A DNA stretch of 64,000 nucleotides, taken from a virus. Position numbers and translations under genes: made by a program. The stretch is from positions 32,001 through 96,000 of IMG/VR virus record IMGVR_UViG_3300042527_000802. One strand, 5' to 3'. Under the pieces are notes generated by a model, which was given only the letters and a program-made list of their open reading frames with translations, was not told where the DNA came from and made no database searches. Positions 19,301-29,319 of the stretch are shown in pieces; position 1 is the stretch's first letter, and each line of letters starts with the position of its first letter.

Positions 19301-19954
19301 AATGGTGTTCCAAATTTTGTAGATTTCCCCAGCATGGTAAATACTGGACTAAATGATAGAGCAGTTACGTTCTCTATATCAGAAAATAGTATATATCCAG
19401 TGGCATTAGAAATTGGACAAACAGGATACAAGATTAATCTAGAATGCAGACCAAACTGTGGCGAAGAGTGCGGTCAATGGATGTGGTGTGGTGTTGGTGT
19501 TAGTGGATTAGATGGCCCAGAACCTTGTCAGACATTGACAGAAGGAACAATTGTTGGCAGTAATCCTCCACTCACTTGCTCTGATTTAGAAATTTTATGT
19601 CCAGAATTTTATCAGCCTGAATCATGTAGCGTTGTAGGAGATGGAACTTATTGCTATAGCGAATATAATTGTTGCGCCCAGCAAAATGCAGTATATCCAT
19701 ACGATGATGGCTATGTACCAGTTGGTTGTCATCTTGGTATAGCATGGATAGAATTATTAGACATAGATGATAATATACTATTCAGTAGTTGCGTACCAAA
19801 TGATCAAATTTCATACATTATCGCAGATGCCACAAGTGATCTATGCAATCCCTGCTATTCTAATGTCATAGAAATTGATATAAATTTATGCGATAATCTT
19901 TGCTATAGTAATATAGTGACACAAGATTTAAATGATTGTTCAGGAATAATTTAA
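16364..19954 (+). CDS. Large probable virion protein: Ig/FN3-like repeats, Pro/Thr stalk, Cys-rich C-terminus
   Basis: Repeats of L.PN..Y.Y.F....SNWP....SG; long TPT tract; CPGGHFCGRANF domain. Confidence 0.7.
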   Translation: MIINSIKLAFTYDGEEPLPLIEIPDISNYGLYIDYNNFINATLAIYGTQRDDGTIPVFWTRLKNNNDTAREADSNSTLKVLIPNHSYYIVLINNNFLPLKIPKNNGAKEFLEIIPPVANSFEADCLGNLQFTSSYNNRFTLNYASGNLLLIDLPLTGLLFNEQYTYIINPLFSNWPANLSKKSGILKQDNPKDALGFVSSNIKTFFEYESCDDMSKCTGNIPYAMIETNNEYFQNNIFTLLNLDIYKNTTKVLSDTITITCDNCFNITDQSILPKECPVVSAPSKIYLNNKEYYQNFSINYDKLDPNQTYSYKFASKGSNWPHRIDKASGIIYPQQFYISTGLCECSGLDVKYGSGQLDCTITFSPDPDIDPNWSNLAYNLDNYYNESFVKNNIYSNIEFELIGSNCSGNKTQIVALCADCLPLTKDCISNAYVNINNTNTSYPVNFTYFNRPGAEISIDYSCSSFDQPLYVDISGLCSGELYDYIFTSYPNIIITPATGSFGFYNGFGRLAILANLDSYKTSSINLKIIHRESNKSITDSIILRAYDSSLPPPPNPYLSPTPTKTKAPTPTPSISQTLTPTVTPTITISPTVSITRSVTPTLTVSQTISPTVTPTISSSRTPTPTVSVSQTVTPTVSVSQTVTPTISSSRTPTPTVSISPSISLTPSSTPTITPTITVTCSLTPTISITPSITTTSTVTPTVTKTSTTPTPTPTVTRTSLTPTPTVTVTKTSTTPTPTVTKTLTITPTATSTPAATPTVTVTRTLTTTPTPSPTTEFTECPGFPPNVIPNNWYCCPDQLGAALTSEYCGVTGENYIPLSGIRLSSVNLSAECFTTNERKFDIVFSYNPTCSDSFEYRTNGAYTGWMNVFSSVKTHCNNVSKTIFVPSGSTEACFRFYTDQYNYSNEICVPITPCEPRTTGVLPIICSTGDVRQIRVMYSDMDGPCPGGHFCGRANFDLYINDNNIGIVNLNNDGGSCDNGVPNFVDFPSMVNTGLNDRAVTFSISENSIYPVALEIGQTGYKINLECRPNCGEECGQWMWCGVGVSGLDGPEPCQTLTEGTIVGSNPPLTCSDLEILCPEFYQPESCSVVGDGTYCYSEYNCCAQQNAVYPYDDGYVPVGCHLGIAWIELLDIDDNILFSSCVPNDQISYIIADATSDLCNPCYSNVIEIDINLCDNLCYSNIVTQDLNDCSGII
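18040..18690 (+). repeat. Coding Pro/Thr/Ser low-complexity repeat with 30-nt periodicity
   Basis: TPTVSVSQTV-type units; 18209-18246 and 18299-18336 match at 37 of 38 nt. Confidence 0.85.
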
Positions 19955-19968
19955 AAAGGTAGTTAACT

Positions 19969-22900
19969 ATGGTATTTATCTCTGGAAATAATAGTGTTAA
20001 TTATAAAGAAACTGCAAACTGGAATGGTATCACTATCGGTGGTAATTTAACTAGTGTTGGTACTAATGGTGGCGTTAGTGCTTACGGAACCAGAGATCAA
20101 GCAGGACAAGTGTGGGAATGGACAGAAGAAAATAGTTTGATGGGTGGATCTTTTAATAGCTTAAACGTTAATGATATATCAAAATATGGATATAGAACAT
20201 CAACAACAGGCACAGTTTCTTCTAATATTGGATTTAGATTAACAAATAAAAATAATAATAATTCTTTTAGTAATTTTGTTGGTATAGGAAATAGCGGTAA
20301 TCTTAGTGATACTGATGCTGTTGGAGGTAAATATCTTGGACAAATAAATTATAATTATCATATAATGATCAATCCTTTAACAAATGCAGAATATGTAAGA
20401 TTTTTAAATGTAGTTGATCCTAGCGGATTAAATAGTAATAAATTATATAATACAAATATGACCACAAATGCAAGAGGTGGCATAGGATATACTAGCACAA
20501 ATACTATTGGTAATAAATACTATAGTAAAATTTATTTTAATAATAAACCAGTAAATTTTGTAAATTGGAAAAATACTGCTATGATATGCAACTGGCTTCA
20601 CAATGGATCTGGTACAAATAGCAGTTTATATAGTGGAGTTTATGATCTTAATAGCAATCCAATAGTTAGAAATATAAATGCTACGTATGCCATAGCAAAT
20701 GAAAATGAGTGGTACAAAGCAGCTTACTACAATCCCGATTCTTTATCATATAATTTATATGCAACACAATATAACACTGAACCATGTGCTGTTAATGATA
20801 TAGGATGTGCTACTGTTAATGCTTATGGAGATGGGGGGATTGTTAATGATTTGCCACCAGCATCTCCAACGCCAACAGTAACTCCTACTCCAACTCAGAC
20901 ACCAACAATCACACCTACAGTCACTCCTACCCTGACTGTCAATATTTCATCAACACCAACAGTAACTCCAACACAAACTCCAACTATTACAATAACAAGT
21001 AGCATTACTCCTACTAGATCAATAACTCCCACGAATACCCCAACAATATCGATTACCTCTACAAAAACTAATACCCCGACACCTACTGTCACTAAAACTC
21101 AGACACCAACTCAAACAGTTACAAAAACTGCTACTCCAACAAGAACAGTCACCAGAACAGTAACTTCAACACCTACTGTCACTGCGACGAATACTCCAAC
21201 AATTTCTATAACACCTAGCATAACACCAAGCGTATCCTCAACGCCATCCGGAGAAATTCCAGAAAATCCATTATATATTCAAAAAAGATATTCTATCAAA
21301 AAATATCCAGATAATGCATTAGAGCCGCTAAATCTAATAAATGGTCCACAATCAGACTCTCAACTTGATCCATCGGTTCTTGACTGGAAAAACTTTATTC
21401 AAAATATTTCTACAATATTCAGTTTAGAAGACAATAATAATAGACTACAATTTTCAACAATATCTAGCGGCCTCGTTGCTTATCCAAATACTGATTCTTC
21501 TTTAAAGTTTTTAAATCCAGGAGAATCTTATTATTTTATTACAAAATCTGAAGCAAATTATCCTATAAAACTTCCAGTTATTGTTCATAGTAGATCAAAA
21601 TATATTTCTGATAATATCAAAAATGAATTAACTAAAATAGGTGTTGTTGGTTCCAATCTAGAGGCATTATTAAAAAATGCTCATATATCATATAGTGTTG
21701 CTATAGATGTATTACAAAAAGATATAGCTATATATGAAAAATCATCAGTTGATATTAAAACAATATTATTAGCTAAATCATTATTAGAACAATTAAAAGA
21801 AGAATATCTAAAATTTGGATCTGATTGTATATCTTTAGTACAAATGCAAAATGGATCATATGAATGGAATATAGATAATATTAGTATAAAGATTTTTGAT
21901 TCAGAATACACCGTATCTGTTTTAGACAATAAAAACAATATAGTATACATTAATGATGATAAAAAACTAGTTGTTCCATTGAACATACAAATTGGCAATC
22001 TTCCAACAAATAAAACATTTAGTTATGATTTTAAACTAGTTGGTGGCTCAGAGACATGTGATTCTATAGTGCCAAATAGCGGATACTTTACAACAATCAA
22101 AGATACTTATAATTTAAATACCATATTTCAATTTTGTAAAAATATTGACCACGATAACACAGATATTAGTTATGCCCAGATGGACCTTACTATTGCTCCA
22201 GTTAATAATGATATTATTGGAAATACTGCAAACTATAAGAATTTAGCAAAATGGGGCGATAGTGATAAAGGTGGTCTTACAACAGTAGGATCTAATGGCC
22301 GAGCAAATTATTATGGTTTATATGATATTAGTGGACAACTATATGAATGGCTAGAAAACAGCGACATAAATAATCCTAATCTAAGAATAGTTAGAGGTGG
22401 ATGCTACTTAGATACTAATTCTTATAGCCTAAGTAAAAATAATAGAAAAGCATTTTACTTTAATAGCACACTAAAAGAAGGTATTTTTGGTTTCAGAATT
22501 GCTAGTAAAAATAATTTATTAAATCTAAGCGGATTTAGTGAGATAGCGCTGTTAGTTAATCCAAACGACGATTGTTTGATTTCGAATTATGGTAGAGTTA
22601 TGTACAAATATTATATATCTACTAATCTAGTAACTAATCAAGAATATATTAATTATCTAAATATTGTTGATCCACAAGGTCACAATACACATAAGATATA
22701 TGATTCAAAAATGTCATCTAGTAGTATTGGAGGTATAGAACTCAAATTGTGCAATGATATTGGCAATAAATATGTGGTTAAAAATAATATGGGCAATAAA
22801 CCAGTAACCTTTATTACATGGTTAATGGTAGCAAAATATTGCAACTGGCTACATAATGATAGATATGCTAATGCTGATTTATATGATGGAGCATACAATC

Positions 22901-24756
22901 TATCCAATGCGCAAATATCAAGATCAAATGATGCCAAGTATTTTATACCAAATGAAAACGAATGGTACAAAGCCGCGTATTATGATCTTACAAAAGATAA
23001 TAATGTTGGCGGGTATTGGACATATGGAACCGCATCAGATGATGAGCCGAAAGCTATTTTAGCTAATGATACTGGAAATGCCATTAATGTTGAAGGATAT
23101 TTTGACAGTAGAAAAATAGTATCTATTATGTTACAAAGAGACAATACAAAATCATTTATCACAATACCCAAAGAATGTTGCGAAATTTCTAGCCTATATG
23201 CTACTAGAAGCACTAGCGAATTAAACAATACATATATAATCACAGCAGATTTAATCAATTTAATACCAAATCAAAAATATGAATATAATTTTAGTTCTAT
23301 GTTTTCTAATTGGCCCGCTAATATAGAACAAATATCCGGAATAATATACCCACAGTCTACAACACATCAAATTAACAATATTTTAAAGTTTTGCCCTAAA
23401 TATTTAAATAATAGTAATATTGATTGTGATTATAATTTATCTTTTAATGCATTAAATAATGCCCCATATTTAGATCATATTAATAATAATGCAAATATAA
23501 ATCTTGAATTAATAGTAAAGCATACAGGATGTCTAGACAGCAGAAAGAGTACCAGCATATCAACAACTGTATCAGACGAAGCTGGAATACCATCTATTAA
23601 ATATAATGATTTTATTATTCCAAAAATTTTAACATCAATAATAAGTCCAAATACTATATCTTTAGAAGGCCCATTATGTTCTGAACCAATACCTATTATT
23701 GTAGAAGTAACTAATGCCACACCAGGTTCTGAATATACTTTTACATTTAGCAACTCTAATAATAGCGTTATTGTTTATCCAAATATTATTACTAAATCTT
23801 TCGGAAGCAATATTGGGAAAGTTACAACACTAGTATATCTAAATAATGTATCATACAATATACTTTCTGTTGATGTTTCAAAAAATGGATTACCATATAC
23901 TGTTGGAGATAAAATCAGCATTAAATGTTTGCAAGAGTGCGTGACTGTATCACCAACTCCAACTCCTAGTATATCGCCCACTTCGGTTACTAGGACTCCA
24001 ACTAGAACCCCAACTCCTACTCCAACTATTACAACCAGTGTTACAGTAACTCCTACTGTTAGCTTGAGTGTAAGTTCAACGCTTACTCCAACGCCAAGCA
24101 TAACAACAAGTATAACCCCCACATGTTCTATAACACAATCTATAACACCAACAATTACAAGGACACCAACTGTTACTCCAACAATATGCCAGTTCTCCAA
24201 TTGCGATACTGGATATGTTGTTGATCCAGAATCATGTGCTTGCGTTCCAGAGCCTACTAGTACAATTGTTCCTAGTCCAACACCACCAAAAGTTCCGTGT
24301 GAACCTTCATCAGATCCAGTAGTATTAAATGGATATGCCTTTTATAAAGACGCTATGGGATCAGAAACAATTCCAGGAGTTGGTTCTGTTAGTTCGCCAT
24401 GTGCTGGAGGTCATATATGCAACCGCACAGACTTTATGCCTAAATTAGTGACTAGTGGAGGTACTATATTGTCTAGCAATGCTATTTCCATGAATAATGG
24501 ATCAACTGGTGGCGATGTATCTGATACATTCTCATTTACGATTAATGATCCAACAGTATTTAATAATCAAGTAGACATAACCTTAGAATGCTTAACCAGT
24601 GGCGGTTGTCACAATGGAGTAACATGGGTAATACTAACTTGGACTGATCCAGTAACAAGCTCATCCTATATAGTATTTAATGACTGCGTTGTACCTGGAT
24701 CATTAGATGGTATCTCTATAGAATGCAGTGACTATACTGATTATACCGAGGAATAA
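19969..24756 (+). CDS. Large probable virion/adhesion protein with two permuted FGE-sulfatase domains, two Pro/Thr stalks and Ig-like repeats
   Basis: Domains at about 19990-20840 and 22220-23090; TPT tracts; C-terminal CAGGHICNR domain. Confidence 0.75.
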   Translation: MVFISGNNSVNYKETANWNGITIGGNLTSVGTNGGVSAYGTRDQAGQVWEWTEENSLMGGSFNSLNVNDISKYGYRTSTTGTVSSNIGFRLTNKNNNNSFSNFVGIGNSGNLSDTDAVGGKYLGQINYNYHIMINPLTNAEYVRFLNVVDPSGLNSNKLYNTNMTTNARGGIGYTSTNTIGNKYYSKIYFNNKPVNFVNWKNTAMICNWLHNGSGTNSSLYSGVYDLNSNPIVRNINATYAIANENEWYKAAYYNPDSLSYNLYATQYNTEPCAVNDIGCATVNAYGDGGIVNDLPPASPTPTVTPTPTQTPTITPTVTPTLTVNISSTPTVTPTQTPTITITSSITPTRSITPTNTPTISITSTKTNTPTPTVTKTQTPTQTVTKTATPTRTVTRTVTSTPTVTATNTPTISITPSITPSVSSTPSGEIPENPLYIQKRYSIKKYPDNALEPLNLINGPQSDSQLDPSVLDWKNFIQNISTIFSLEDNNNRLQFSTISSGLVAYPNTDSSLKFLNPGESYYFITKSEANYPIKLPVIVHSRSKYISDNIKNELTKIGVVGSNLEALLKNAHISYSVAIDVLQKDIAIYEKSSVDIKTILLAKSLLEQLKEEYLKFGSDCISLVQMQNGSYEWNIDNISIKIFDSEYTVSVLDNKNNIVYINDDKKLVVPLNIQIGNLPTNKTFSYDFKLVGGSETCDSIVPNSGYFTTIKDTYNLNTIFQFCKNIDHDNTDISYAQMDLTIAPVNNDIIGNTANYKNLAKWGDSDKGGLTTVGSNGRANYYGLYDISGQLYEWLENSDINNPNLRIVRGGCYLDTNSYSLSKNNRKAFYFNSTLKEGIFGFRIASKNNLLNLSGFSEIALLVNPNDDCLISNYGRVMYKYYISTNLVTNQEYINYLNIVDPQGHNTHKIYDSKMSSSSIGGIELKLCNDIGNKYVVKNNMGNKPVTFITWLMVAKYCNWLHNDRYANADLYDGAYNLSNAQISRSNDAKYFIPNENEWYKAAYYDLTKDNNVGGYWTYGTASDDEPKAILANDTGNAINVEGYFDSRKIVSIMLQRDNTKSFITIPKECCEISSLYATRSTSELNNTYIITADLINLIPNQKYEYNFSSMFSNWPANIEQISGIIYPQSTTHQINNILKFCPKYLNNSNIDCDYNLSFNALNNAPYLDHINNNANINLELIVKHTGCLDSRKSTSISTTVSDEAGIPSIKYNDFIIPKILTSIISPNTISLEGPLCSEPIPIIVEVTNATPGSEYTFTFSNSNNSVIVYPNIITKSFGSNIGKVTTLVYLNNVSYNILSVDVSKNGLPYTVGDKISIKCLQECVTVSPTPTPSISPTSVTRTPTRTPTPTPTITTSVTVTPTVSLSVSSTLTPTPSITTSITPTCSITQSITPTITRTPTVTPTICQFSNCDTGYVVDPESCACVPEPTSTIVPSPTPPKVPCEPSSDPVVLNGYAFYKDAMGSETIPGVGSVSSPCAGGHICNRTDFMPKLVTSGGTILSSNAISMNNGSTGGDVSDTFSFTINDPTVFNNQVDITLECLTSGGCHNGVTWVILTWTDPVTSSSYIVFNDCVVPGSLDGISIECSDYTDYTEE
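20853..21246 (+). repeat. Coding Pro/Thr repeat
   Basis: Translated TPT tract. Confidence 0.8.
23941..24183 (+). repeat. Coding Pro/Thr repeat
   Basis: Translated TPT tract. Confidence 0.8.
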
Positions 24757-24774
24757 ATAATCAATAAATCAAAT

Positions 24775-24782
24775 GGTGTATA
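24775..24782 (+). promoter_or_regulatory. GGTGTATA candidate phage-sigma promoter
   Basis: Intergenic, 29 nt before the ATG at 24811. Confidence 0.5.
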
Positions 24783-24810
24783 ATTTTATATCTTTAACCA
24801 AGGGAATATT

Positions 24811-26187
24811 ATGGCTAATGAAATATTAACTATTGATTCATTAAAAGATATAAATACAATCAATATTATATGCTCTACACAACAAAATGGCCAATCTTCA
24901 ATTAGACTTGTAAGAGATAATTATCCTGGTAATTTAACTATAGAAGAGATACAATCAAAATTTATAGATAGATTTGACGAAATAAGATACTATACTGTTT
25001 GCAGTGGTTTTGCTCCGCCAAATATATTGATTACGCCAACTCCAACAAGAACCCCAACAAGAACACCCACTGGCACTCCAGTAGCGCCAACTCCTACTCC
25101 AACAATAAGTATTACTCCAACCATTAGTTTGACCCCAACTAGGACATCTACTATTACTCCAACTCCAACTGTTACTAGTACCAATACTCCAACTCCAAGT
25201 ATCACACCATCTACCAATGCTAGTACTTCAACACCAACACCATCAATAACTTCAACAGCCACGCCAACACCATCTATAACTCCAACAAAGACAATAACTC
25301 CAACGCCCACAACATCTTATGGAGCATTACAACCTTTAACCAGTAATACTGCTAATTTCAATAATTGTGCTGATTGGAATTCTTTAGATGGTAATGTAAC
25401 AACAGTTGGTACAAATGGAATAGCATCACCATACGGTATATATGATTTGAATGGTAATGTTTGGGAGTGGACAGAAGCGATAGTATCTAGCAATAGAGTA
25501 TTAAGAGGTGGAGCATACTCAACTCCAGATACCCTCTTCTTATCTTCTTCATATAGAGGAAATAATGATCCTAATACAACATTAGCTAGATATGGTTTTA
25601 GAGTTGCTAGTATTGACGATCCAAATAATTTAAATACATTTAGCGATATTGCAGATATTAATAATAATGCCGATCTTAACGGTTATGGCTCAGTGTCTTA
25701 CGAATATAAAATGTCTACTAATTTAATTACAAATAATGACTATGTTGAATTTTTAAATAGCATAGCATCAACAGATGCATATTCAGTATTTGCAAATGAA
25801 ATGGATAGCGACCCAAGATCGGGCATATCCAGAGCAGGATCTGGTAACTATACATATTCTATTAGATCCAATATGGGTAATAAGCCCGTTAATTTAGTTA
25901 ATTGGTATAATGCAGCCAGATATTGCAATTGGCTTCATAATGGCAAGCCATCAGGTGTACAAGATAATAATACTACAGAAAATGGCGCATATCAATTGAT
26001 CGGAAGTAGCGGATCTCCTACTAGAGATTTTGGGGCAAAATATTTCTTGCCAAGCGAAAACGAGTGGTACAAAGCGGCATTCTATAAGAGCATAGGCAGT
26101 TCAGCAGGATACTGGGCATACGCCACACGATCAGATTCTGCACCAAATTGTATTTCAGCAACCTCCACAGGAAATGGAACATTATAA
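24811..26187 (+). CDS. N-terminal small domain + Pro/Thr stalk + permuted FGE-sulfatase (CLec-fold) domain
   Basis: YGIYDLNGNVWEW..VLRGGAY..YGFRVAS, then [34 protein letters not shown]. Confidence 0.8.
   Translation: MANEILTIDSLKDINTINIICSTQQNGQSSIRLVRDNYPGNLTIEEIQSKFIDRFDEIRYYTVCSGFAPPNILITPTPTRTPTRTPTGTPVAPTPTPTISITPTISLTPTRTSTITPTPTVTSTNTPTPSITPSTNASTSTPTPSITSTATPTPSITPTKTITPTPTTSYGALQPLTSNTANFNNCADWNSLDGNVTTVGTNGIASPYGIYDLNGNVWEWTEAIVSSNRVLRGGAYSTPDTLFLSSSYRGNNDPNTTLARYGFRVASIDDPNNLNTFSDIADINNNADLNGYGSVSYEYKMSTNLITNNDYVEFLNSIASTDAYSVFANEMDSDPRSGISRAGSGNYTYSIRSNMGNKPVNLVNWYNAARYCNWLHNGKPSGVQDNNTTENGAYQLIGSSGSPTRDFGAKYFLPSENEWYKAAFYKSIGSSAGYWAYATRSDSAPNCISATSTGNGTL
25033..25317 (+). repeat. 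Coding Pro/Thr repeat
   Basis: Translated TPT tract. Confidence 0.8.
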
Positions 26188-26435
26188 TGAGCGCAAATTT
26201 TACTTTAATTTCAGAAATAACACTAAATAATTATATTGCAAAAATTTATAGATTTGATACAACGGCTTCGTATGTTGACCAATCCACAATAGATGCTGCT
26301 ACCCCAAACCTCAATGCTCAACAATATCCAAGTGAAATAGTTGAATTATTGCAGGTTTTATTAGGAGTATCTAAAATAGAAATTTATAACAAATCAAATG
26401 GTTTGTTAATTAGTAGTGGCGTTCTTGTAGAATAA
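26187..26435 (+). CDS. Hypothetical protein (likely start MSANFTL)
   Basis: TAATG stop/start coupling with the upstream gene. Confidence 0.55.
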   Translation: MSANFTLISEITLNNYIAKIYRFDTTASYVDQSTIDAATPNLNAQQYPSEIVELLQVLLGVSKIEIYNKSNGLLISSGVLVE

Positions 26436-26446
26436 AGGGCACAAAT

Positions 26447-26647
26447 ATGGCAACAGATATTATAGCAATAGACACAGATAAAGATACCAATACAATAAGT
26501 ATAACTTGTTCAACATCCCTCACAGGATACTCTGCTAAAAGAACCACACTAGCAGATGCTCCAGTTGACCAACAAATACAAAACATAGAATCTAAGTTTG
26601 ATGATAAATTTGATGATCCAGTATATTATTTTGACGATTGTCAATAA
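26447..26647 (+). CDS. Stand-alone paralogue of the N-terminal domain of the 24811 protein
   Basis: MATDIIAIDTDKDTNTISITCST...IESKFDDKFDDPVYY versus MANEILTIDSLKDINTINIICST...IQSKFIDRFDEIRYY. Confidence 0.7.
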   Translation: MATDIIAIDTDKDTNTISITCSTSLTGYSAKRTTLADAPVDQQIQNIESKFDDKFDDPVYYFDDCQ

Positions 26648-26659
26648 TAGGAATATAAT

Positions 26660-27016
26660 ATGATTAAGCCTGCGTATAGAACTAGTGAATTTTGGTTTAC
26701 ATTAGTTAGCTTTTTATTTAGTGGATTATATTTGATTGGATTATTTGGAGAGGACGCCCAACAAAAAGAAGATCTTATTAGAGATGTAAGCCATGGCGTT
26801 GAAAGTGTTATATTAATTAGTGGACAAATAGCAATATTATGGAAATATGTTAATAGTAGAAAAGAAATTAAAAAAACTTGGTGGAGTACGGCATCAGAAC
26901 AAGAAAGACTAGAAGCATCCAAAAGGTTTCACAAAACTAAACCGCCAAGCACAGAAACAACTCAGATCAAACCCAAAACAGCCAAGAAAAAAGCTAAGCC
27001 AAAACCAAAAAAGTAA
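26660..27016 (+). CDS. Membrane protein, holin-like
   Basis: KPAYRTSEFW followed by a TM helix, a second hydrophobic segment and a basic tail. Confidence 0.5.
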   Translation: MIKPAYRTSEFWFTLVSFLFSGLYLIGLFGEDAQQKEDLIRDVSHGVESVILISGQIAILWKYVNSRKEIKKTWWSTASEQERLEASKRFHKTKPPSTETTQIKPKTAKKKAKPKPKK

Positions 27017-27025
27017 TCAATTTTT

Positions 27026-27033
27026 GGTGTATT
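27026..27033 (+). promoter_or_regulatory. GGTGTATT candidate phage-sigma promoter
   Basis: Intergenic, upstream of the ATG at 27055. Confidence 0.5.
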
Positions 27034-27054
27034 ACATTAATGAAAGGACAGGAT

Positions 27055-27504
27055 ATGTCAGACAATATACAAATATTAAATGCTGTCAAATTAGAATTAG
27101 ATAAATTAGTGGATCAATCTAAACAGTCTTTAAATGAAGTTAAAGCAGTGGCTGTTGCACAAGCATGGAAGATTCTACAGCTCGCCGTAGCATTATCTGT
27201 ACAATTGTTAGAAAATATAGCAATTGATCTTAGTGGACCAGATAAAAAAATAATTGCTATGAATGCGATCTCAACATTCTATGATAAGATGTTTACTGTG
27301 ATAGATATTCCATTGGTTCCAAACATTCTAGAGCCAATCATGCACAAGTATATGAAAGCCTTTTTGATGGCTTTGGTTGGCGCTAGTATTGATGCTACAG
27401 TAACAACATTTAGACAAGTTGGTGTTTTCAAAAGCAAAGATGTTCAAGTTCAATCAGTTATTAAAAAAGTAAAAGCTAAAAAATCCACAAAGAAGAGGAA
27501 ATAA
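27055..27504 (+). CDS. Hypothetical helical protein
   Basis: ORF track 27040; the ATG at 27055 follows AAGGA; LSGPDKK and DIPLVP motifs. Confidence 0.55.
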   Translation: MSDNIQILNAVKLELDKLVDQSKQSLNEVKAVAVAQAWKILQLAVALSVQLLENIAIDLSGPDKKIIAMNAISTFYDKMFTVIDIPLVPNILEPIMHKYMKAFLMALVGASIDATVTTFRQVGVFKSKDVQVQSVIKKVKAKKSTKKRK

Positions 27505-27505
27505 G

Positions 27506-27892
27506 ATGAATTATACAGAGTCATTTAATGAATTTGCTAGCAGAGTCACAACATTAGATTTAGCATTATATGCTGGCGTAGGATTAGTATTATGGGTTTT
27601 ATTCAAGGATAGAATGAGTCCAGTACAAAAATTTGTATCTGACTTAGTGTCAAAAATTAAGTCTCCACAAGGAGGCTCTCAACTACCAGCATTGCCAACA
27701 ATTAATGTTCCAGTTAAATCAGACAATAAGAATGAAGATGTGTTCTTCAAACTTATAGCTTCATGGAAACAAACTAGGGACTTGGCAGTACAGAGCAACT
27801 GCTCAGAGGCTATTAAGGTTATTGATCAGATATTCCCGTATCTAAGTCCCAATGCTTGTGTTCCACCATCAGTATCTGTAGATCAAAAATAA
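27506..27892 (+). CDS. Single-TM membrane protein
   Basis: LALYAGVGLVLWVLF hydrophobic segment. Confidence 0.6.
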   Translation: MNYTESFNEFASRVTTLDLALYAGVGLVLWVLFKDRMSPVQKFVSDLVSKIKSPQGGSQLPALPTINVPVKSDNKNEDVFFKLIASWKQTRDLAVQSNCSEAIKVIDQIFPYLSPNACVPPSVSVDQK

Positions 27893-27904
27893 AAGGATAT
27901 ACTT

Positions 27905-28384
27905 ATGAATAAGATAGTATTATTAACTATAGCAGCACTATTAATTTTAATAGGATTAGTTCAACCAGATTTTTCATCATTATTTCCTCAAAAGTCAAAT
28001 AATGTTGTGGTATCTTTAGAAGCTCCTGATGATGAGGATGTTCTTAAAGAATGTAAAGATGTTGCAAAAATTCTAAGCTCTGGTGATAAAAAAGACGCTG
28101 CAAGATTAAGAGACTTATATATAGATATATCTGATCTTATAGCATTAGATGGTGATCAAACTGTAATTAAAAATACAGAAGATATTCGTCAAGCAAATAG
28201 TTTAGCTGGAGTAATGTTAAAATTAGATATTAAAGATAAATATGCAGATTTGGGTAAAGAGGCACAACAGGTTATCGTTTCTGTTATAGGTGACGATAGT
28301 GTTTTATTATCTCCAGAATTAAGAACACAAGCATCTCAATCATTTAGATATTTAGCTTGGGCATGCAATGAGGGGGCCAAATAA
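27905..28384 (+). CDS. Signal-peptide/anchor-bearing exported protein
   Basis: MNKIVLLTIAALLILIGLVQP; SD AAGGA. Confidence 0.6.
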   Translation: MNKIVLLTIAALLILIGLVQPDFSSLFPQKSNNVVVSLEAPDDEDVLKECKDVAKILSSGDKKDAARLRDLYIDISDLIALDGDQTVIKNTEDIRQANSLAGVMLKLDIKDKYADLGKEAQQVIVSVIGDDSVLLSPELRTQASQSFRYLAWACNEGAK

Positions 28385-29307
28385 TGCCACGATTTACACC
28401 AGACGAGTTATATAATAATTATAGAAAAGGATTTAGTGGCTGTTTATGGGAGCAGCATGTGTTTGATCATTTAATGGAAGTTAGTAAATACCCATTATTT
28501 GGCGATGCTAATAAAAAAATTAAAACTAGTGGCAAGGGCAAGTTATCAACTCCATACAAGAGCGTATTGAAGTTTGATAAGAATCCTTATAATGAAAGAC
28601 AAACTACCGGAGATTGTGTCAGTCATGCAACACGAAATGCTTGTGATGTTAGTCGAGCAGTAGAAATAGATGTACATAATGATAGAGAAGCTTGGATAGC
28701 AAGAGGAGCAACAGAAGCAATCTATGGAGCACGAGGTCATGGTGGACAAGGAATGAGTTGCTCACGAGCTGCTGAATTTGTTAGCAAGAATGGCGGTATA
28801 GTAATAAGAAAAAACTATAAGGGCGTAGTTGACTTTACTAAATATAATGGAAATCTAGGAGCTGGTTGGGGTGGACGAGGTTTACCTGATCCTGTTATTG
28901 ATTTAGCTAATGATCATCAAATTAAAACTGTTAGTTTAGTAAGAACCATAGAAGAAGCGAGAGACGCTCTTGCAAATGGTTATGGATTATCAGTATGTTC
29001 GAATTATGGATTTAGTAATAAAAGAGATAAAAAGGGTATTGCTAACGTTAGTGGTAATTGGGCCCACGCTATGGCCTGGATAGCCTGTGACGATACTGGA
29101 AATGAGCCATTATTCTTAGTTCAAAATAGTTGGGGCAAATGGAATGATGGTGGACATCCAGAATGGGGAAATATTCCAGACGGTTCATTTCTTATCAGAG
29201 CCGAAGTTGCTGCTGGAATGTTGGCGGCTAATGGTAGTTATGCTTTCAGTAATTTTGATGGGTTCCCTGTGCAAAAATTACCGGACTATGGTTTTACTTA
29301 CCTATAA
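28384..29307 (+). CDS. Papain-like (C1-type) cysteine peptidase
   Basis: RQTTGDCVSHA (Gln, Cys), WAHAM (His), LVQNSWG (Asn). Confidence 0.8.
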   Translation: MPRFTPDELYNNYRKGFSGCLWEQHVFDHLMEVSKYPLFGDANKKIKTSGKGKLSTPYKSVLKFDKNPYNERQTTGDCVSHATRNACDVSRAVEIDVHNDREAWIARGATEAIYGARGHGGQGMSCSRAAEFVSKNGGIVIRKNYKGVVDFTKYNGNLGAGWGGRGLPDPVIDLANDHQIKTVSLVRTIEEARDALANGYGLSVCSNYGFSNKRDKKGIANVSGNWAHAMAWIACDDTGNEPLFLVQNSWGKWNDGGHPEWGNIPDGSFLIRAEVAAGMLAANGSYAFSNFDGFPVQKLPDYGFTYL

Positions 29308-29319
29308 GAGATTTTTTAA

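Noticed and set aside
18283-25310. Val/Gly-rich minus-strand ORFs (18283, 20895, 23775, 24990)
   Set aside because: They are antisense shadows of the Pro/Thr codon repeats.
13860-26187. Diversity-generating retroelement targeting the CLec-fold domains
   Set aside because: No reverse transcriptase, Avd or near-identical template repeat differing at adenines is present in the window, and the copies differ at all base types. A DGR elsewhere in the genome cannot be excluded.
13860-26187. Active formylglycine-generating enzymes
   Set aside because: The catalytic Cys pair after RGGS is absent, and there is no sulfatase nearby.
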